Shown here piece by piece: positions 9,907 through 18,365 of a stretch of 55,320 nt of DNA. The notes beneath the pieces were generated by a model. That model was given only the letters and a program-made list of their open reading frames with translations, had not been told where the DNA came from and did no database searches. Source of the DNA: Verrucomicrobiota bacterium (GTDB taxonomy: Bacteria > Verrucomicrobiota > Verrucomicrobiia > Limisphaerales > CANJXF01); contig JBBQRQ010000024.1 in the NCBI GenBank assembly GCA_038214755.1, positions 1-55,320 on the forward strand, read 5' to 3'. Position numbers and translations under genes: made by a program. Within the stretch, counting starts at the first letter, position 1, and each line of letters starts with the position of its first letter.

Positions 9907-11367
9907 TTAAAAAAATCTCAACGAAAACAAATCCGCGTCCTTCAACACAAACCGCAGGCGAACGGGCTTTCCGATCAAGCCGGAAATATCCTGGCCGGAT
10001 TTCCATTTTACCACGGCGTCCAGTTCGTCGCCGAAGAGCAAATCCATTTCGGACAGCGAATAGCCGGGGAAGGGTTTGCGCTGTTCATCTTGGATTTCCA
10101 CCTGCACTGATCCGCTTGCCGAGGTTGAATAATTCAAAAGAAGATTTTTCCCGGAAAACGTCAGGGGCCGCGTCGTGAGCTCGCCTTCTCCGTGATCCGC
10201 ATGGACGGAAACGAATCCGTGACGCCGAATCGTAATGCGGCGAAGCCGATTGTCCGGCCAGGCGTAATGCTCGCTGATATACATGGAGAATTCGTTGGTG
10301 CTCGTCTGCGCGATGCCCCAAGCGGGCATGTTATTTCGATGCGTCCAGTTGCGTTGGTCGAGTCCGGGGCGAACCCACGCTTCCAAAAAAGTTCGATCCC
10401 AGTTCCGTCCATCACGACTGCTCATAAAAACTGCGTCGGAAACGCCGGCGTCCGGAATGGGACTGATTTTTTTTCGCTCCGGCACGAAGCGCATGGGAAA
10501 AGCCAGATAGTGATGCGGCGCGCCGGGACAAGGAATCGTTGCGCTGGTGTAAAAATGTTCCAGCGGAGGTTCCGTCTTGTCGGCCGCGCGATATTGATTC
10601 GGCTGCGGCTCGTTCCAATGTAAAAAGTCTTTCGATGTGTTGTGTTGCACGGCGCGAAATCCCGAGTATCCACCGCTTCCCCAATAGCGTGAATAGCAGC
10701 GATACAACTTCGCCTGCTCATCCCAAAACACGAGGTTGAGCGAATCGAACGCGCCCTTGGTCATCACCGGTTCGGGCTGCAATTTTTTCCAGTGAATTCC
10801 ATCCGGCGAGCTGAACGCGAATAATCGGCTTTGCAGTCCGCCCACCGCTTTGTATCGCTCGTCGGCTTTGGCGTTTGGGTTGGCGTCGAGGAAGGGCGCG
10901 AAGTTGTGCGCTTCGACTCCCACGTAAACGATGTTGTTCTCCTTGGAGCCTTGGAATTCGTAAAGTCCGAGATTAGGCCGCGTGAAAAGAATTCCATCGG
11001 CGCTTTCGGCGTAACAGGTGACTTGTTTGTCCGAAGCGTCACCGCCTTTTGGAATGTAGCCGCGATAGTAGAGACGAATGCGCGGCACGTCCTGGAAAAC
11101 GGTGAAGTAGGCGCTGTCCGGCCCTTCCCACGGTTTGTCGGTGGTCAAAACGACTTCGCGGCGAATGGGCGTTTGCAACTTGAGAGAAACTCCCCGGCTC
11201 CGATTGGAATCAATCAACCAATCATCCACGAACATTTCCACGCGCGTGCCGAGGGCGGCCGCCGGAGAGTTGGGGATGACTTCTGCGCTCGCCAGAGAAT
11301 CAACCATTTCCAAAACGCTGCTGGAGATCAGCAAACCGACGAAGCACTTGGTCAATCGGTGTTTCAT
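9907..11367 (-). CDS. Secreted Asp-box beta-propeller protein, putative glycoside hydrolase
   Basis: Signal peptide, MFVDDWLI, Asp-boxes ESADG/SSPDGIHW/SSRDGRNW, and a C-terminal GELTTRP..VRLRFVLKDADLFS domain. Paralog of 13346-15064. Confidence 0.75.
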   Translation of the reverse strand: MKHRLTKCFVGLLISSSVLEMVDSLASAEVIPNSPAAALGTRVEMFVDDWLIDSNRSRGVSLKLQTPIRREVVLTTDKPWEGPDSAYFTVFQDVPRIRLYYRGYIPKGGDASDKQVTCYAESADGILFTRPNLGLYEFQGSKENNIVYVGVEAHNFAPFLDANPNAKADERYKAVGGLQSRLFAFSSPDGIHWKKLQPEPVMTKGAFDSLNLVFWDEQAKLYRCYSRYWGSGGYSGFRAVQHNTSKDFLHWNEPQPNQYRAADKTEPPLEHFYTSATIPCPGAPHHYLAFPMRFVPERKKISPIPDAGVSDAVFMSSRDGRNWDRTFLEAWVRPGLDQRNWTHRNNMPAWGIAQTSTNEFSMYISEHYAWPDNRLRRITIRRHGFVSVHADHGEGELTTRPLTFSGKNLLLNYSTSASGSVQVEIQDEQRKPFPGYSLSEMDLLFGDELDAVVKWKSGQDISGLIGKPVRLRFVLKDADLFSLRFF

Positions 11368-11520
11368 AAATTCATTGAGTGGTCGCGCGTGGCGTAGGAA
11401 GTTTCATTGTCTTTTCATCCGCGACGCGAAACGAATAAAGCCGCGCGTTTCGCACTGTGAAGCAAAGTTGAATCTGTTTACCTTGAAGGCGGCGAAGATC
11501 CTTCTCCTTTTTCCACTGAA
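11306..11520. repeat. 215-bp direct repeat, copy 1 (copy 2 at 13280-13494)
   Basis: Manual ungapped alignment at offset 1974 gives about 26 mismatches in 215 bp (~88% identity). Confidence 0.9.
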
Positions 11521-12255
11521 GCCGTGCCAGCGTCGTCCGCGCGCCTGGTAAACCTTCCATCGCAAAATTAAGCGACTCGCGATAATGCGACTTGAGTAAA
11601 AGATAACGAATCTCCCGGCCAGTAAAACCCTTGGCCAGATCACAAAGCGTGAAAAAATTTCCCAGCGATTTGCTCATTTTTTTTCCTTCGACGAGCAAAT
11701 GCGCGCCATGCAGCCAATACTTCACGAACGGTTTGCCTGACGATGGCACGCCCGCGCCTTCACTCTGCGCAATCTCGTCCTCGTGATGCGGGAAAATCAG
11801 GTCCTCGCCGCCGAGATGAATGTCGAAACTCGCGCCGAGAAGTTTCATGCTCATCGCGCTGCACTCGACGTGCCAGCCCGGACGGCCCTCGCCGTCCGGG
11901 ATGTGCGCCGTCGCGCGCGGCAAATGGTGTGGCAACAGACAGGCGAGCGTTTTTAAACCGTCAAGAAACGCGGCCTCGTATTTCCCCGTGAACTCGCGCA
12001 GGGAAGTTTTCGTTTCGCGAACGCGCTGGATGATTTTGTCCTCCACGTCCGTGATGTTCATCACGCGCAACACGGCGAAACCTTTGAACTCGAGGTAGCG
12101 CCGCACCAGGTCGGCGAAGACGAACGTGCGCCAGTTCGCGATTGCGCGAAATCGTAAATCGTCGGCCCGCAGCAAGACAAGCCGACTTTTTTTGGATCGA
12201 GCGGAACGAACTCTTCAATGCTCCGCGAAAGTGTGTTGAAGAATTTCAGGGCCAT
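11521..12255 (-). pseudogene. cysS: Decayed cysteinyl-tRNA synthetase
   Basis: Motifs [69 protein letters not shown]. There is a 1-bp deletion in the HIGH-motif His codon (~12143), an internal deletion between RATAHIPD and GEGRPGWH, and no anticodon-binding domain. Confidence 0.9.
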
Positions 12256-12256
12256 T

Positions 12257-12526
12257 TTATCTGAACAAGTCGCTGTGCGTTCCGGTGCGTTCGAATCGAA
12301 CGTGATTTCCCTCCAACGAATAAATCAAAACCCAGTCTGATTTGATGTGGCAATCCCGGCTACCTGACCAATCACCGTGCAACGGATGGTCTCTCAATTC
12401 TGGCGGCAAAGGTTGGCCTTCGATGAGCAAATCAATAACTTCTTTGAGCTTCGACAAATCCCATCCTCGCTTGTCTGCGCGTTTGACATCCTTCTTGAAC
12501 TGGCCGGTTCGGCTGAATGTTCTCAC
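12257..12526 (-). CDS. yafQ: YafQ-family mRNA interferase toxin
   Basis: [45 protein letters not shown] overlaps the antitoxin stop. Confidence 0.9.
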   Translation of the reverse strand: MRTFSRTGQFKKDVKRADKRGWDLSKLKEVIDLLIEGQPLPPELRDHPLHGDWSGSRDCHIKSDWVLIYSLEGNHVRFERTGTHSDLFR

Positions 12527-12783
12527 AAGCCGAGGTCAGCGTAGAGCTCCTTCTTCGTTTTGAAATGGCGGACGTTCTTTCCGGCTCTGCTGTTGGCCAG
12601 CGTTCTCGCGGTGAGTTTGTTGGGAATGCGCACTTCGAACGGCAGACCTCGATTCAATTTTATCTGGCGATAAAGCACGTTGATCGTCTCCGAGGCGGTC
12701 AATCCGAGTTCATTCAAAATTTCTTCCACTTCGCGTTTTAAGTCCGGCTTGATTCGCGCGCGGATTGTGGCGGTCTTACTCAT
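12523..12783 (-). CDS. dinJ: RelB/DinJ-family antitoxin
   Basis: MSKTATIRARIKPDLK..ILNELGLTASETI..GLPFEV..PN..LYADLGL. The start is re-called to ATG12783. Confidence 0.9.
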   Translation of the reverse strand: MSKTATIRARIKPDLKREVEEILNELGLTASETINVLYRQIKLNRGLPFEVRIPNKLTARTLANSRAGKNVRHFKTKKELYADLGL

Positions 12784-12789
12784 GCAAAT

Positions 12790-12818
12790 ACTGTGGCTAC
12801 GTTGTAGCCACGTTTCAA
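12790..12818 (-). promoter_or_regulatory. Putative promoter and autoregulatory operator of dinJ-yafQ
   Basis: TTGAAA-17 bp-CACAGT-6 nt-ATG. A perfect inverted repeat GTGGCTAC-GTT-GTAGCCAC lies at 12793-12811. Confidence 0.7.
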
Positions 12819-12875
12819 GAGCAAATAACAGTGAGCTAGACGGAGAGACCAAGGACTTCGCCGTCAAGCCGCTGC

Positions 12876-13279
12876 CTAGTTGATCAGTTCGAAATATTCT
12901 TGCGGATTAGCCAGCGGATTTTCGATGAAACGATTTGTCACGGCGGGAATGAGCGTCCAATCCGCCTGGTTGAGATTTGTTTTGAAGTAGAGTCCGAAGT
13001 TCGTGAACTCGGATGGCCAGCAGACGAGAGCTTGCAATGGCTGGTTTTGACGGCCAATGGAGAGCGACGGGTTTGCGGGGTCGGGAGCCGAGACAGCGGT
13101 GAGAGTTAAATGGGTGGGGCTGTAAATCGCCTTCATGCGTTTGTTTCCCGCTCCTGTGAAAGAAGTCCCGGAATTAAATGTTCCGATGTTGTTGAATCGC
13201 ACCGTGCCGCTTTGGCTGTCTATCGTCCCGCTGTTGATGAAAACGTCCGGATTGACTATCAGTTCGGCTTCGCCTGCTG
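12876..13279 (-). pseudogene. 3' remnant of a secreted beta-helix/autotransporter-like protein with a C-terminal FYRL-type domain
   Basis: The frame reads AGEAELIVNPDVFINSGTIDSQSGTVRFNNIGTF...LVCWPSEFTNFGLYFKTNLNQADW...EYFEL. It has no signal peptide or proper start and begins at the repeat junction. Confidence 0.6.
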
Positions 13280-13494
13280 ATTTCCAAAACGCGGCTGGAG
13301 ATCAGCAAACCGACGAAGCACTTGGTCAATCGGCGTTTCATAAAATCATCGAGTCGTTGCGCGGGGCACGGGAAGTTTCACCGTCTTTTCATCGGCGATG
13401 CGAAATGAGTAAAGCCTGGCGTTTCGCACTGTGAAGTGAAGTTGAATCATTTTGCCTTGAACGCGGCGAAGGTCCTTCTCCTTTTTCCATTGAA
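13280..13494. repeat. 215-bp direct repeat, copy 2
   Basis: Contains the 3' end of 13346-15064 and the first ~20 codons (MKRRLTKCFVGLLISS) of a truncated copy of the 9907-11367 gene. Confidence 0.9.
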
Positions 13495-15064
13495 TCCAGC
13501 CGCCGTTTTCCAATGTATCAGTCGTGACTGCACGACAAGATTTTGTTTCAAAACCTTTCAGCGGATTTCCTTTTTCATCGAGCACTGCAACGGCGACAGA
13601 ACCATTCTGTGCTTCGGCGTTCACAAAGAGCCGGTCGCCATTGCAAAGGAACGGTTGAGTCACGAGTTCGCCGGATTCCGCGCCAGCTTCCCACGCGGCG
13701 AATCCATCCAAGCGCATCGTCGCCAGGCCGATGGCGGATTCCCAATCGGTTTCCTTGGTGTCGTGACGAATAGGAAAGCCGCCGTAGGGAAACCACATTT
13801 CCTTTTCCCAAAAAATCGGGTCTGCCGGGCCGAGCACCATCCCGCGATCAAAGTCGTTGCCGGTTCCAACATCGAGCCAGGGTTTGCGCCACGGACGATT
13901 CCAATGAAGGCCCTCCGCGCTCCATGTGAGTTGAATTCGGAAATATCCGGCTTCGTCGTGCAGGGTCGCGAAGCCCAAATAATATCCGCCTTGTGGAATG
14001 ACGAACAGATATTGGATGTTCGCGGTGGGCGGATCTTGCGCGTCGGTGCGCAAAACCACCTGCTCGTTCTTCCAGTGAATGCCGTCCTCGCTTTCAGCGA
14101 ATGCCTGGACGCGTTTGGCGTTCCATTCGCCCGACAACGAAACGCCGCCGCCATCGTCCGCGCCTTGTTTTCCGGAACGTAAAATAAATTTCTGCTTCTG
14201 AACTTCCGCCGCGCCTGGTGGGCGGAAGGTGATGCGAGGACCTTCGAATTCCGCCGTGCCATTTCCCAGTTCCTTGGGAGTGAACGTCGGCATGTGCGCA
14301 GTGAAGGGTGTGCCTTCCGCTGGACCGTCGGGAGTGACCTCGCGGCCTTTGAGTTCCCACACTTTGTAGAACGCGACAAATTTCTGGCGGCGCTCATCCC
14401 ACATCACATGAATCATGTCGGACGGGACAAACCAGACTGGATTCGATGGATGTTCCGCCCACTTAATGCCATCCGGCGAGAAGGAAACGAACTCGCCATC
14501 GTACGTAAACCGAACGCCCAGATAGCGCCGTTCAGGCGGCGTATCCGGGCGGGGATCGCGCGCAATGGTTCGCGTTCCTTTTTCTGGATGCGGCCCAAGC
14601 GGCAAACAATTTCGCGCCGAGGCGCCGCCGAATTTTTCAACCGCCAAATCCGGCTTGGTCCATTTCAAACCGTCGTTGGATGTTGCGTAACCCCATCGGT
14701 AATGATTATCCGCGAAACGATATGCGATATACCAAAGGCGCAACTTCCGCGTCGTCTCATCCTGCATCAAACGATTGCCCCACACATAAGGCCCGACGCC
14801 TTCCCACGGTTCGGATCGTCGCATCACGGGATTGCCCGGATGTTTTCCGGCGGGGAAAAATCGTTGAACCAAACGGGAAGTGCGGGCAACGGTTGGTTCG
14901 CCCAGCAGCAGAACGCTTTCGTTCGGGCTGATCAAAAATGCCGGGGTGCGGCCAATCGAATTTTTTTCGGCGACGGTAAACTGGTTTTTCTGCGCAGCAA
15001 AAATTGCCGTCTGAAAACCCAATAAGACAATCAGAGTCAAGGCTTCGAAAGATTTTGTTTTCAT
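13346..15064 (-). CDS. Secreted Asp-box beta-propeller protein, putative glycoside hydrolase
   Basis: Signal peptide, KHPGNPV, TSNDGLKW, FSPDGIKW, ESEDGIHW, GLATMRLDGF, GELVTQP, ARLYSF. Confidence 0.75.
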   Translation of the reverse strand: MKTKSFEALTLIVLLGFQTAIFAAQKNQFTVAEKNSIGRTPAFLISPNESVLLLGEPTVARTSRLVQRFFPAGKHPGNPVMRRSEPWEGVGPYVWGNRLMQDETTRKLRLWYIAYRFADNHYRWGYATSNDGLKWTKPDLAVEKFGGASARNCLPLGPHPEKGTRTIARDPRPDTPPERRYLGVRFTYDGEFVSFSPDGIKWAEHPSNPVWFVPSDMIHVMWDERRQKFVAFYKVWELKGREVTPDGPAEGTPFTAHMPTFTPKELGNGTAEFEGPRITFRPPGAAEVQKQKFILRSGKQGADDGGGVSLSGEWNAKRVQAFAESEDGIHWKNEQVVLRTDAQDPPTANIQYLFVIPQGGYYLGFATLHDEAGYFRIQLTWSAEGLHWNRPWRKPWLDVGTGNDFDRGMVLGPADPIFWEKEMWFPYGGFPIRHDTKETDWESAIGLATMRLDGFAAWEAGAESGELVTQPFLCNGDRLFVNAEAQNGSVAVAVLDEKGNPLKGFETKSCRAVTTDTLENGGWIQWKKEKDLRRVQGKMIQLHFTVRNARLYSFRIADEKTVKLPVPRATTR

Positions 15065-15183
15065 TTTATGGTGAACGGAGAAAAGGGAATTTTTTTGCTC
15101 TTTCCATCAGCAACTTTTAACGAGTCAGTGCGCGGGGGATTGCCGAAGGCCGATCTCTGCTGAAAAATTTTCAATCCATTGAA

Positions 15184-16803
15184 CTAATTTAATCGCGTGG
15201 CCTTCAATCGAAAAAATTTTGCGAAACTGGCTGGGAGAATTTCGCGGATGACCAAAGTTTCCAGTGGCCCATTGTCGATGACTTCGCTTGCGGCCGCAGC
15301 GTTCCAGTTCACCAGATTGGTGGAAACTTCCGCGCCAAATGAAAGATCCGCCGCCGCTTTGCAATGCGGAAAGGTGAAAACGAATTGCCCGTTTTCCATC
15401 GCGCTGGTGACGACATTGATGTCAGATTTTTTCGGATCAAATCCCATCGCGTATTCGAGCAGGTTCGGAAATTTATCCCCATCGGGATTGGCGATGTCGC
15501 CGCTGATGTTCGGGTCGGCCAACTCTGCGGAACTGAACTTCGCATTTTTCCAGTCCGCGATAGTAGTGGTGACATTGATCGCCAGGGAGCGCGTCACCGC
15601 ATTTCCATTGTTGTCGGTCACGGTCACTCGCGCGGTGTAATTTCCCGGCGACGGAAAATTTTTTGTCGGAGTGGCATTGGTCGAAAAAGTTCCATCGTCA
15701 AACGTCCATTGGTAATCACGAATCGTTCCGTCAACATCGCTGGCGGTGGCGGAAAAATTTACGGTGAGCGGCGCGATGCCATTGGTGGCATTGGCTGACG
15801 CTGCGCAAACAGGCGGCTGTCCCAGGACAGTTTTTTTCAAAAACCAAGGCGTGGTGGTCGGGTCGGTCTTAAAAAATGCCAGCAGTTGGCGGGCGACTTT
15901 CGGAACGGCCCCGGTGGCATTGGGGTGCGTGAAATCCGATTCCAAATCCGAGCAGAGCCAGGTGAATCCGTCGGAGCGCGCGACCAGCCCGTCTGCCCAG
16001 AGGTAAGGTCCCCACGAAAGATAGGGCGCGACGACTGGGCCTTTGGCCGGATCAAAATTTAGAGAAGCGTCGCCGCTGATTTGTTTTTCGATTATCCATT
16101 TCACCGCGAAAGCGGTTTCGTAAGCATACGGTTCCGGATTCAATCCGCTCCCATAAACGTAGGCGCGCGTGCGGCTGGAAACGTAAACCGATTTTAAATT
16201 GGGATAGAGAATTTTGGCGTTGCGCACCATCGTCTCCAGATAACTTTGCAAGAGTCGGGCATGATTGGTCAGCGCCCCTGTTTCTCCGGCGATGGCTTCC
16301 TTCAACCAAATCGCCTGCACTTGGTTCGTGGTTGCGCCAGCCGAAGTGAGTCGGGAAAGCACGTTGTTCCAAGTCGCGGCATTGAGGTTTGTCCACTGCG
16401 GCGCGTCCTGTCCGCCTTGCGCGCCATCCAAGATGATGACGCGCGGATTTTTGCTCGGGTCCGCATCGGCGAGCGCTTTGAAATGGTTCGTGCCTTTGCT
16501 CGCCCATTCCTGCGTCGTGTTGGACATGCCGATGGAAAGCAAAACAATTTTCCCGTTGTTCGTGTCGGCATTTCCGGTGGAGTTCAACGGCTGGATTTGG
16601 TTGGCGGCAATGTTCAAGCCCGCCGCCAGATGCGCGGGCGGACGATTATTCGCGCCATTGGGATAAAGTCCGCCGCTGACTCCGCTGTAAAATTTCAAGC
16701 CAAGCTCCGGCAATGGCGTCAGGCCGAGATTGGTCAGTGTGCAATCAGCCCGGGCGGCCAACGGAAGCAACGCGAGATGGAGCAAAATTTTGAAAGCTTT
16801 CAT
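15184..16803 (-). CDS. Secreted PKD-domain protein with an SGNH-like N-terminal domain and a C-terminal FFRL domain
   Basis: Signal MKAFKILLHLALLPLAARA, IGMSN ... DFTHP, PKD motif GIAPLTVNFS..YQWTFDDG..PGNYTARVTVTDNNG, and DGDKFPNLLEYAMG. Confidence 0.75.
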   Translation of the reverse strand: MKAFKILLHLALLPLAARADCTLTNLGLTPLPELGLKFYSGVSGGLYPNGANNRPPAHLAAGLNIAANQIQPLNSTGNADTNNGKIVLLSIGMSNTTQEWASKGTNHFKALADADPSKNPRVIILDGAQGGQDAPQWTNLNAATWNNVLSRLTSAGATTNQVQAIWLKEAIAGETGALTNHARLLQSYLETMVRNAKILYPNLKSVYVSSRTRAYVYGSGLNPEPYAYETAFAVKWIIEKQISGDASLNFDPAKGPVVAPYLSWGPYLWADGLVARSDGFTWLCSDLESDFTHPNATGAVPKVARQLLAFFKTDPTTTPWFLKKTVLGQPPVCAASANATNGIAPLTVNFSATASDVDGTIRDYQWTFDDGTFSTNATPTKNFPSPGNYTARVTVTDNNGNAVTRSLAINVTTTIADWKNAKFSSAELADPNISGDIANPDGDKFPNLLEYAMGFDPKKSDINVVTSAMENGQFVFTFPHCKAAADLSFGAEVSTNLVNWNAAAASEVIDNGPLETLVIREILPASFAKFFRLKATRLN

Positions 16804-16912
16804 GGCGCGTTGTTCCCGGAAGCACTTTAGGTCGGCAAAAGTTTCATTCAACTGTCTTTTCTTGCGGGAGTGGGCTGCGACGTTTGATTCTGAAGGAGCG
16901 CCAATTCCACAA

Positions 16913-16990
16913 CGGTCGAGCGAGACTTGTCGAACTCTAATATTTGCCCGGTCTGATTTTTTAATGGAACTCGACGGTCTCGCTCTACCG
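16913..16990. repeat. GTAG-type REP-like inverted doublet (degenerate)
   Basis: CGGTCGAGCGAGAC..GTCGAACT ... AACTCGACGGTCTCGCTCTACCG. Confidence 0.6.
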
Positions 16991-17166
16991 AATTACCTTT
17001 CGGCTTTGCGACGAAACAGATTTTTGCGACAGTTCGGCGGTGCGCCAACCGATGACAATTTCTCAGGTATCTGTCCCGCATAAAACCTTTTGCCGAGTGT
17101 GTCCGATTGGTGATGGTCACACAAATCGTGGCGTAATGAATCGGTGAGGCGGATTCAAGTTTCGCG

Positions 17167-17823
17167 ATGAACGATCACCAGATTTCCAGTCGGCCACCAG
17201 TGCTCGATGCGATTTTCGCGGAAACCCAGGCGCTCGGATTCAAGATGGCTTCCGAGCCACAGACTGGCTCGCTGCTCCGCACGCTTGCAGCATCGAAACC
17301 CCACGGAAAGTTCCTTGAGCTTGGCACGGGCACTGGGTTCGGCACGGCTTCGATTCTTTCTGGCATGGATGCGGACTCATGCCTTGAGTCTGTCGAGAGC
17401 GACGCCACCGTGCTCGCCGTAGCGCGGCGGCACCTGACTGGCGACCGCCGAGTGATATTCCATCATGAGGACGGCGCGAATTTTTTGCAACGAGCACAAG
17501 GCCGCTTCTTCGACTTCATCTACGCGGATACCTGGCCCGGCAAATTCACCCATTTGGCGGAGGCGCTGGCCTTACTTGCGCCGGGCGGTTTTTACATTAT
17601 CGACGACTTATTGCCGCAGCCTGGCTGGCCGGAGGGTCACGCTCCGAAGGTGCCGCGCCTGATCGCCGAGTTGGAGAGTCGCACCGACTTGAGCATGACC
17701 AAGCTCTGTTGGGCTACTGGTTTGATCGTCGCTACTAAACTTAACCCGAATTCCGAAATAGCGGCGGCGAAGCCGCCGGGTAGCCCAGGCGACCCGCCTG
17801 CGGCATACCAACCAAGTTTATAG
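17167..17823 (+). CDS. Class I SAM-dependent O-methyltransferase with a read-through C-terminal tail
   Basis: GSLLRTLAASKP, FLELGTGTG, FDFIYADTW, LAPGGFYIIDD. After LIVATK it runs into the antisense strand of the next gene. Confidence 0.8.
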   Translation: MNDHQISSRPPVLDAIFAETQALGFKMASEPQTGSLLRTLAASKPHGKFLELGTGTGFGTASILSGMDADSCLESVESDATVLAVARRHLTGDRRVIFHHEDGANFLQRAQGRFFDFIYADTWPGKFTHLAEALALLAPGGFYIIDDLLPQPGWPEGHAPKVPRLIAELESRTDLSMTKLCWATGLIVATKLNPNSEIAAAKPPGSPGDPPAAYQPSL

Positions 17824-18347
17824 CGCGCGGCTGTGTTGGAAAAATTTGCGCCATCCTCAATGATGCTCACACCGAAGCGAAGAAACGGCGTCGCCAAAAT
17901 GCGATGCGGACGAATCCAATGGATGCCATCGTCGGATTCCATGTAGGCCAGCCGCGACTCCATCGGATTGGAATCTTCCGTCCGCGCCCCATACCAAATG
18001 CGGAAACGCCACGTCGCCGCATCGCGCAGCACGGTGAGATAGGGCTGGAAGTTGCCGTCCTCTTTGCCGGTGACGATGGGGTTGGGCAAAGCGGGATCGC
18101 GCAAAGGAGAATTCACGACACGCTGGACGTTGACGCTGGATTCGATCAGGAATTCGTCGAGAAATAAATGCGGGCCAACGCCAAGAAGAATTGGTGCGGC
18201 GGGGCGAATTTTCTGCGATGGAGGCGACGGGAAATAAATCGAGGAATTGTTTTTCGGCTTCGGCGAGAGAGGCGACTGGGATGCGGCGTCTGGTGCCTGA
18301 CTGCAAAAAACGGAGAGGGACGCAAGCAGCAGGAGATTTTGCCTCAT
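17637..18347 (-). pseudogene. 3'-truncated Asp-box beta-propeller protein
   Basis: Signal peptide, HLFLDEFLI, FRIWY, AYMESDDGIHW as in the 9907 and 13346 paralogs. Homology is lost near 17750 and the ORF is less than half the paralog length. Confidence 0.65.
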
Positions 18348-18365
18348 GGCTTTCAGTGGTTGAGT

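Noticed and set aside
11372..12175. Functional mini-CysRS or MshC-like ligase
   Set aside because: The frameshift at the HIGH motif, the internal deletion and the foreign C-terminus indicate decay rather than a designed paralog.
11306..13494. DGR template/variable repeat pair
   Set aside because: Mismatches are not confined to adenines, look largely synonymous, and no reverse transcriptase is present.
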